41,491 bases of DNA from Aduncisulcus paluster (lineage: Eukaryota). The stretch is from assembly GCA_024181965.1 (NCBI GenBank), contig BQXS01009781.1, positions 1-41,491 of the forward strand, read 5' to 3'. The position numbers and the translations under genes were made by a program. Numbering within the stretch: the stretch's first letter is position 1; every line of letters starts with the position of its first letter. Below, one piece after another: positions 33,788 through 41,491 of the stretch. Under the pieces are notes generated by a model. It saw only the letters and a program-made list of their open reading frames with translations, was not told the DNA's origin and searched no databases.

Positions 33788-36700
33788 ATGACTACGGAAA
33801 TTCCTATACGCATTATTAATTATATTCTGGCCTCTTCGGGACTTGACTTGAAGATTTCTCGGCCAGATTTCTTTTCATTACAAATAGAAAAGACTCTAGA
33901 TTCAATCGACCCTAAATCTCTCTTAGATACAAATTCCAGAAAGCATCAAACTTTTATTTCGAAACACCAGAAGGCGTTATTAAAACTTTTTGAAACAATA
34001 CCGACTAAAACTTTCTTACAAAGAAGATGGATGGATGTTTTTTCAAAATGGATTTCTGAATTGGCTATTTCTAAAATGCGCTGTATACGTCATTCAAGCG
34101 TTTCGATGTGTTTTATTTTGCTTGATTGTCTAGTTCAAAGATGTTCTAATATTATATCAGAACTCGGTGAAGAAAAAATTTTGCTACGTGACAAAATGCT
34201 TCAAGACGAGCAAAAAAGCAAATATTCAAAGAAGAATTCTAACAAAGATGAAGAATCATCGCAAGATGATGACTCTGAAGAGGAAACATCTGAGTCTTCT
34301 TCCGAATCTAGTGAATTAATTGGGAAAAGGCGGAAAAGGAGGAATTATACCCGAGATAAAGCTCCTCAGTCATCATTTTCTGCCCAATATTCGACGTTAG
34401 GACAGCTTGGTTCCGTTATATTTTCCTTGATCTTTAATCCTGTTTTCATCAAAGCTTACAGTGATGTATTTATGCCTATTCGTCATTTATGTGTTTCTCA
34501 TCTAACTGAATGGATTGTATTGTGCCCTTATCTGTTTCTTAAGAACCATATTATCAGATATTTTGGGTGGTTATTGTATGACGATACTGCTACTGTTAGA
34601 AAAGCCTGTATTGTCGGAATTACCAAGATTTTGAGTCAAAACAGTGACAATGTTCGTTCTGGAATGGCTATATTTCTGTCTAAATTCTTCCCAAGGTTTG
34701 TCCAGATGATAAACGATGAGTCAGGCCAGGTTGGAGCAGAAGCTATCCGTTGTGTGGCTCAAATTGTCCGTCAAGAGAGACAAATAGCAAAAGTACAGTT
34801 TGAATCTGAGGGAGCAAGCCCTGATCACAAGGATAAGCCTCCTCCCGATATCTCCTCGATTGGTGATACCTTGGTGTGTGGCTTTGATACAATTGATAAT
34901 ATTGAAGGTATCTTGCATCTGTATGTAGTCGGAGTCCAAGAAGAAGTCGGTAGAATTGCAGCTGAGTATCTTGTAGAGCATCTTCTCCTGAAAGCTATCC
35001 AACAATCCGAGCAAGACCAGATCAGCGATGCTCTGGGCGGAAAAGATCAGAAATCGGCCAATGACACTGAAACAGCCTCATTAAAGTCAATGAGATCAAT
35101 TGACACCGATTCTTCTCTTTCTGCTAGAGTTCTATTTCTATTTTTAGAGTATTTATATTCTAAAAATATAACTTCTCAGAAAGAAGTTCGGAGGGTGTGC
35201 CAAAGAGTCTGGGGTATCGAAGTTTCAGCAGAACTTGGAAGATCTTTGAAAGAAAGTGAGAAGCGTGCCGATGATAAAATGAAGAAATCTAAGACAACCG
35301 AGAAAGAAGATGCGGAAGAAGAAGAGGAGGAAGAAGAAGATGAAGAAGAAGAGGAGGAGGAAGAACATGTCACTCTTGATATGGCTGATGTTCTATCATC
35401 CTTCTCTGAAATGATCCAGCTTATATTACTCGACACAGAAGACTCTGGACGTCACCAAATCAGACTTATGTGTATCAGAGTATGTGTGGCAGTGTGTGAG
35501 ATTTGTGCAAATGTATCAATCAGGTCAGAAGATGGGTCCGATATTGTTGTGAAATCGATAAAGAGTGACACTGGACCCAAATCAAAGAAAAAGGGAAAGA
35601 AACACGGCTCATCTACTGGAAATGACAATGACCTTTTCTCTGNNNNNNNNNNNNNNNNNNNNCTCTGAAATGATCCAGCTTATATTACTCGACACAGAAG
35701 ACTCTGGACGTCACCAAATCAGACTTATGTGTATCAGAGTATGTGTGGCAGTGTGTGAGATTTGTGCAAATGTATCAATCAGGTCAGAAGATGGGTCCGA
35801 TATTGTTGTGAAATCGATAAAGAGTGACACTGGACCCAAATCAAAGAAAAAGGGAAAGAAACACGGCTCATCTACTGGAAATGACAATGATACTCCCATT
35901 ACTGGCGTTAGTGGAATCTCTATTGAATCAGATATGTTCCAACCTTTCTCTTCAAGTTCGTCGGGACAGTCGTTCTGTGCCAATTCATCCATTTCAAGCA
36001 AGAGAATGCTTCTTGAGTGTGCATATGAATGTATTCCTGCTATTGGGTCACTTATGAATGTTTTTTCTTCCCATTTCTCCTCATCAGTTGCTCAAGAAGA
36101 AGCCTCTGCCCTGTCTTGTATCGTTTGGTTGATATCGATGTGTTTATGGGTAGTTGGTGAAGAGGAGAAGAAGAAAACAGACGGAAAAGAGAAGAAAAAG
36201 ACTTCCCGTAATTCATCAAAGAAAGACAGTTCCAAAGACACAACCAAATCCATATCTCTGACTCTATCTCATTCTCATCTTTCGTCATACTTCACATCTA
36301 TCTCTTCCATATTACTGTCATCACCATCTCCTCTTTTGTGCCACTTTTTGTCTCTTTCTATCTCCCTATTATCCTCGTCCACACATAAAATGCTCACCAA
36401 TTCACTTGATAGCTCTATTATGAATGTGTTGAAGACGATTCTAAGACAAGCGTCCATTATTCAGTTCAAACAAATCCCTCTGACCCACTCTAGTTCAGTT
36501 TGTCTTATACTGAGACACTCCAAAACACTTCAAAGATTATCGGAACCGTCACGCGATGAGCTTTCTATCATTTCTTCATTGTACAACTATACTCTTAGTT
36601 CTCTAAAGGCTGTGAGTGAATTGATACGAATAGTCATCGAGGCTGAAGGTCGATTGATTGTTGCTGCTCATCGTTCACGTGGATATGTCCATTCTCTTCT

Positions 36701-38673
36701 TGTTGGGGGAGGAGAAGAGAATGAATCTTCTCAAAACCGTAAAGGTTCATCTGCAACTTCCGCTCTTTCCTCATATTCTGCTCCAGACCTATATGATACA
36801 TACCACCGCATTCAATCTCAGACTATATCTCTCCTTCTTGCTCTCCCATCACTGTCACTGATCCCATCTCTCTCTTGTTCTTCTCTCCTTGAAAGTATCA
36901 CTGCCTTTTTCCCCTTGTATCTTGAGGAAGTTACTACAGAGGATGACAGAGAAGAAGGAATTGTATTTCCTGTTTCTTTGGCTTTATGCCGACAGAGTAT
37001 TCAAATATGGTGTTCATGTGCATTGTGTCTTGCAGGGAGAGTCAGTCAAAAGAAAGTGAAGGAAGAAATGAAGAAGATGAGATTGGAGAAGAAAGAGGAA
37101 GAAGAGAAGAAAGAGGAAGAAGAAAGGAATGGTGATAATGCCAATCAGGTAGATGGAAAAGGTGAAGAAGAAGAAGAAGAAGAGCAAGATCATCAAGAAG
37201 AGGAAGAGGAAGAAGAGGAAGAGGAGGATAATTGTCTTGATATGGTGTCCCTGTCATCTCTCTCTCAGCTTGGTACACCATCAATATGTCTCTCTTCTCT
37301 CTTCGAGTGTGTTGAGATCCTTCTAAATACGATTGATTCTGATCTATCAGATGTTGAGGAAACAATTAAAACGTCAAGAAAACGGCTAAACGAGGTTACA
37401 ATGTCGATATCTAATCTTACTCTTCAAGTGAAACGAAAGGGGAGGGAAGGGAATGAACAGGCAGTCCGTAAACTTCGAGAAATGCTTGATAAAGATGAGA
37501 GTGAAATTGAACATTTGGAGGAAGTTTTAGCCGCTGACACTCATAGATTTGCCAAAATGAACTCTTCTTTCCATTCATTTTTGACGCTAATCATGCAAAC
37601 AATCATCTCAATCCCCCCTTTAGTTTGTTTCTCACCAGCTATTATTAGCCATATTCACACACACACCCAGCATGCCACGAAAATGATAAGAGAGTTTATC
37701 AAACAACTTGTGCTTAAATTGGGCATTGAAAGTGTGGTTAAACATGAAGTTCAGGCCTGTATTCGTGAGCGAATTGGTATTATGCAAGAAGAGGACGAAA
37801 CGAGGAAGGAAGAGGAGATGGAAAGAGAAGAAGAAGAAGAAGAAGAAGGTAACAAAGAAGCAAAACAACAGGCATCCCAAGCATTTATTCCTGATGGAGA
37901 CTCATATCCAGAGACTTTGGCTTCACTTTCTTCCCTCACTTCTCATTTATTGTCTTCTCAGACTGTTCCTGCATCCCTTTCACTGAAACACATCCTTTTC
38001 TTCGTTAGATCTGTTGTTGCACAGCTTGTGAGGACAGATAGACATGATACTAGCACACAGGGATATGAAGGAGGCCGTTCAAGACATATCCACACAGATT
38101 CATATGTGATGATGAAAGGCTGTCTCTCGGAAGCTGTCAAGAAAGCCAAGAAGAAAGACAGGAAGAAGGTGCTGAGCGTGATTGAAGCCTTTCCTCTTTC
38201 TCCGTCGTTATCCTTGATTCTCTCTGATGTTGTCTCTTTCCTTCAGAATAACAAGGGAACATTGAAGGTGTCATCTTTTGCTGTCTTGGTGAAGGGAGAG
38301 GAAGAGAAGAGAGAAACATCCAAAGAGACTGCAAGGAAAAAGGGAAGAAGAAGCTCAAGCTCTGCTCGAAAGGTTAACGTGGGGAGAGACGAAGAGGAAG
38401 AGGAGGAAGAGGAGGAACCTGAAGAAGAGTTCGTTGGAAGGCGTAGAAGTCGTCGTTTGGTTGAATTAGAAAAGAAGAAAGAGGAAGAGGAAGAGGGAAG
38501 AAGAAGAAGAGGAGGAGGAAGAAGAAGAAGAGGAGGAAGAGGAGAAAGAAATTATTGAGAAAGAAGATAAAATAACAGAAGAAAAAGAACCAAAGAAATT
38601 CACACAAATGCAGTCTCAGCTCGAGGGAACATTTGAAGGAAGTGAAGACGTTATCGATTTTGATGGATTCTGA
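33788..38673 (+). CDS. SCC3: Cohesin subunit STAG/SA/Scc3 (stromalin), ~1540 aa after fixing gap duplication and terminal frameshift
   Basis: STAG domain (WISELAISKMRCIRHSS) and stromalin conserved domain (IFNPVFIKAYSDVFMPIRHLCV..L.EW...P.LFL....RYFGWLLYD....VRKAC, F..RF..M..D). Start uncertain. As assembled it stops at 38558, but an acidic shifted frame continues to TGA 38671-38673. Confidence 0.85.
35404..35890. repeat. 228-bp direct duplication flanking 20-N gap (35643-35662); probable assembly artefact
   Basis: 35404-35631 = 35663-35890; removing 259 nt restores one frame. Confidence 0.88.
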
Positions 38674-39000
38674 GTTGTCCAATTGCATTAATTGATTTTT
38701 TTCTCCCCCAAATTGTATTTAAAATTATTCATTTATTTGATAAAATAGTATTTTAAAATACAATTATACAATATGATGGAACATGGAGCTCCATGATGGA
38801 GAAAAATCTTCAGGGATGTCTTACAAGTAACTAAGTTGTATGATAGAATAGTATGTGACAACTTATCTGGCATTCCACAATTAACTGAGCCAACCACAAA
38901 AGACAACTAAACATTGCATCCAATAAATAGAGTAGAATCTCATGAACTGCCGAAATTGAGCCCAACGAAGTACATCTAATCTTTATCCCCGGAGCACACT

Positions 39001-41491
39001 CTACTTCTGACTATCATCCCACCCTCTCTTCAGATCAACACCATCAAGATCACTCCCGATGGTTCCAACAGAGCCACCATACTCCTCGAGCTGGTTAGAG
39101 ATGATCTCTTCAATACTTGGACATTTCCATCCTTCCCCAATTTTGGGCAGAAGGGGTTTGATGGATTGGACTTTTACACGAGCTTGGTGCACACTCATAC
39201 GTTTGTGTTTGGCAAACTGAGTAAAACCCTTGTAAATTTCATTCAAACACTCGTGAATAGGTTCTAATTTTCCATCCTCAATTGTTAAAAGGGAGTTGAA
39301 AAGATCAGATTCCTCGATGGTTGGACATGAATCACTCTTGATAAGAACCATAAGCTCCTTAACAAACTCAGCAGGACTACCAACAAATTGAAGAGCAGGC
39401 ATTTGAAGTAAAGGATCACAGCCGAAAAATAGAGCGAGGATAGAAATTCCAAGAGAGTATGCATCACTCATTTGACTCTGAATACCTCGTAGAGCTTCAT
39501 AGGAGTTGTATGAAAGTGTTCCACATACAGAACGTTTTGCTTTTGGAGCTGTAGCCTTTTCAACATCTTTCCTAGAATCGGAAGAAGAATCAACAAAACT
39601 CCTGGAAAACGACGACGAAGAGATGGAATCCTTGATTTGGACAAGACCCAAATCTGCGAGAACAACAGCACATTCTCCATCTTTGGGATCAACACGGATG
39701 AGGAAATTGTCNNNNNNNNNNNNNNNNNNNNTTTCAACATCTTTCCTAGAATCGGAAGAAGAATCAACAAAACTCCTGGAAAACGACGACGAAGAGATGG
39801 AATCCTTGATTTGGACAAGACCCAAATCTGCGAGAACAACAGCACATTCTCCATCTTTGGGATCAACACGGATGAGGAAATTGTCAGGTTTGATGTCTCG
39901 ATGAATAAGCTTCTTCTTTGCCGTGAACACATCATCGAGACATTCAATCATGCCAACACATAGGGCGGCAACTTTCACGGGGTTCAGTGTCATGGGGTCA
40001 AACAAAGCGGGCTCTTCATCTTCATCTTTTGAGGAAGTGTCAGACTCAGATTCTTCGTCATCCTTCGCACTCACATACTTGCCATCGGCACACCAACTCT
40101 TGGCAAACTCATTCACACTGCCCCCAACACAGAACTCCATCAGGAAGCCATACACACCTTTCATATCGGAATCAAGCAGGTCAAGGATATACAGAGGACG
40201 TGGGATGCGGTTGAAACATTTGGGATTGTTGAACAACTTGAGTTGCACTTTGAACTCCTTTCGACAATCTGTCACAACCTTTTCATCCGCGATTTTAAGC
40301 ATCTTCTTCAGAACACATGGGAAAGGAATACCATCAACTTTGACAAGAAGAACCTCTCCGAACCCACCACTGCCAATGATGCACTGGGGAGTCAGCGTGG
40401 ATGCAGATGTCAGGGTTAGCGAGTCGTGCTTGGGGTTATACTTGGGCTTGCCATCCTTGGGTTTCTTCTGTTTGGTGTCTTTTGGTGTTGAATCCTTTTC
40501 ATTTCCTTTAATAACCATTTCTTGTTTTTCAACTTCTTTCACGGCCTTTTTGTAAGCTTGTTTCAAATCAACAAAAAGATCTTCTTCTTCTTCCACATCT
40601 TCTTTCATAGGTTTTGATGGCAAAGACAAAGTTGATGTGTGTAGATCATCAGAAATTGATGTAGCTTCATTTCGAATGAATATAAGAGATTGGATAGAGC
40701 TCCATCTACTTTTTTTATCACACCACGTCCCTTTCCCTTCAATCTCACACAATACAACATTTAACAAATCAATAGGAAGGAAATGCCATTCAAATTCATG
40801 TTTAGGTTGTGTGAATTCATATTTCTTTGACGTCTTCTTACCATCAGAATCAGTGAAAGTGAAGAGAAGAAAGGGTGAACTAGAATCCTTGTCGAGACAG
40901 ATATAAGCACCTTTCATAGGACTAGGTGATGGGAAAGGTATGCAAAGATAAGAAGATGATAAGAAAGATTCCCCTTTTAACATGTTCTGGCCTTCTAAAC
41001 TCTGGTCATACCAGTCAGATTCCTTGCAAAACGAATCAACCTTGCACTTAACCATTGATAATGAAAGCTTAACAACCTTCGGATCATCTCGTGGAATGGG
41101 AATTGCACCTTTGTCTCCTTCTTTGATAAATTCTGACTTCACAATTGGGGATTTGACCCATAATTGCTCCTTGATTTTACGGGCCATTGATTCTTCAGAG
41201 GATTCTTCACGGCAGAAAACAAGGGAAAGTATATTAAAATACTCTTTCTTCCCCCCTTTTCCTTCGATTTCACATTTAATAATATCAGAAAGGTCAACCG
41301 GAAGGAAATACCAATGCATTCCTTCAAAATGAGGAAATTCGTATTTTTTGGTTATTCTGCTCCTCTTTGATGTTGTAAAGATTAAAGAAAGATAGGAAGG
41401 AGGTGTTTCATAACTCGAGAGACACATATACGCTCCTTTCATAGAGCTAGATGAGGAGAAAGGAATGCAGATATGTGTGGAAAATCCAGAA
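39001..41491 (-). CDS. Ser/Thr protein kinase with tandem ~175-aa N-terminal repeat modules; 5'-truncated by the window edge
   Basis: IGSGGFGEV, VLKK, LMEFC.GGS, HRDIKPDN, LADLG, CGT..YNSYE, DAYSLG. Frame is open to 41490. Repeat module MKGAY.CL...TF...KKYEF....W.FLP.DL.....CEIEGKG recurs at a 525-nt offset. Confidence 0.92.
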   Translation of the reverse strand, partial: SGFSTHICIPFSSSSSMKGAYMCLSSYETPPSYLSLIFTTSKRSRITKKYEFPHFEGMHWYFLPVDLSDIIKCEIEGKGGKKEYFNILSLVFCREESSEESMARKIKEQLWVKSPIVKSEFIKEGDKGAIPIPRDDPKVVKLSLSMVKCKVDSFCKESDWYDQSLEGQNMLKGESFLSSSYLCIPFPSPSPMKGAYICLDKDSSSPFLLFTFTDSDGKKTSKKYEFTQPKHEFEWHFLPIDLLNVVLCEIEGKGTWCDKKSRWSSIQSLIFIRNEATSISDDLHTSTLSLPSKPMKEDVEEEEDLFVDLKQAYKKAVKEVEKQEMVIKGNEKDSTPKDTKQKKPKDGKPKYNPKHDSLTLTSASTLTPQCIIGSGGFGEVLLVKVDGIPFPCVLKKMLKIADEKVVTDCRKEFKVQLKLFNNPKCFNRIPRPLYILDLLDSDMKGVYGFLMEFCVGGSVNEFAKSWCADGKYVSAKDDEESESDTSSKDEDEEPALFDPMTLNPVKVAALCVGMIECLDDVFTAKKKLIHRDIKPDNFLIRVDPKDGECAVVLADLGLVQIKDSISSSSFSRSFVDSSSDSRKDVEXXXXXXXDNFLIRVDPKDGECAVVLADLGLVQIKDSISSSSFSRSFVDSSSDSRKDVEKATAPKAKRSVCGTLSYNSYEALRGIQSQMSDAYSLGISILALFFGCDPLLQMPALQFVGSPAEFVKELMVLIKSDSCPTIEESDLFNSLLTIEDGKLEPIHECLNEIYKGFTQFAKHKRMSVHQARVKVQSIKPLLPKIGEGWKCPSIEEIISNQLEEYGGSVGTIGSDLDGVDLKRGWDDSQK
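39558..39885. repeat. 154-bp direct duplication flanking 20-N gap (39712-39731); inflates kinase ORF by 58 aa in frame
   Basis: 39558-39711 = 39732-39885 (offset 174). Confidence 0.9.

Noticed and set aside
38773..38800. 14-bp palindrome CATGGAGCTCCATG (38782-38795) with flanking atgatgga repeats as a MITE/transposon end
   Set aside because: Too short; no partner terminal repeat or transposase in the window.
1..41491. Alternative genetic code (TAR=Gln as in hexamitids), tRNA/rRNA genes, transposases or prokaryotic operon/defence system
   Set aside because: Conserved proteins end properly at TAA and TAG with no in-frame TAR in conserved domains. No tRNA/rRNA or mobile-element signatures seen. 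Genes are unrelated eukaryotic families on mixed strands.

Overview
AT-rich, gene-dense EUKARYOTIC (protist) scaffold segment, not prokaryotic. It uses the standard genetic code and has intergenic gaps from about 70 bp to 1.2 kb, a few short GTATGT..AG spliceosomal introns, and E/K/S-rich low-complexity proteins. The terminal repeat-plus-kinase gene and overall style recall the free-living fornicate Aduncisulcus paluster (Carpediemonas-like metamonad); this is inference from recalled resemblance only. About 15 genes, in order: partial TTLL-like 5' end, copine, EmrB/QacA-type (DHA2) MFS transporter, RAB5IF/OPTI, RING/coiled-coil protein, a hypothetical, WNK kinase, Sfi1-repeat protein, MESH1-like HD (p)ppGpp hydrolase, XPG/Rad2 nuclease, CEP78-like LRR protein, a hypothetical, RPGRIP1L-like coiled-coil/C2 protein, STAG/Scc3 cohesin subunit, and a 5'-truncated kinase with tandem ~175-aa N-terminal repeats. 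Five 20-N gaps are each flanked by 154-248 bp duplicated sequence (unmerged overlaps). Three genes have frame breaks at purine-rich repeats, so many ORF-track entries are fragments. I found no convincing novel multi-gene system. The best leads are two bacterial-type genes (alarmone hydrolase, DHA2 pump), a divergent Scc3, several basal-body genes, and a few unexplained structured intergenic segments.
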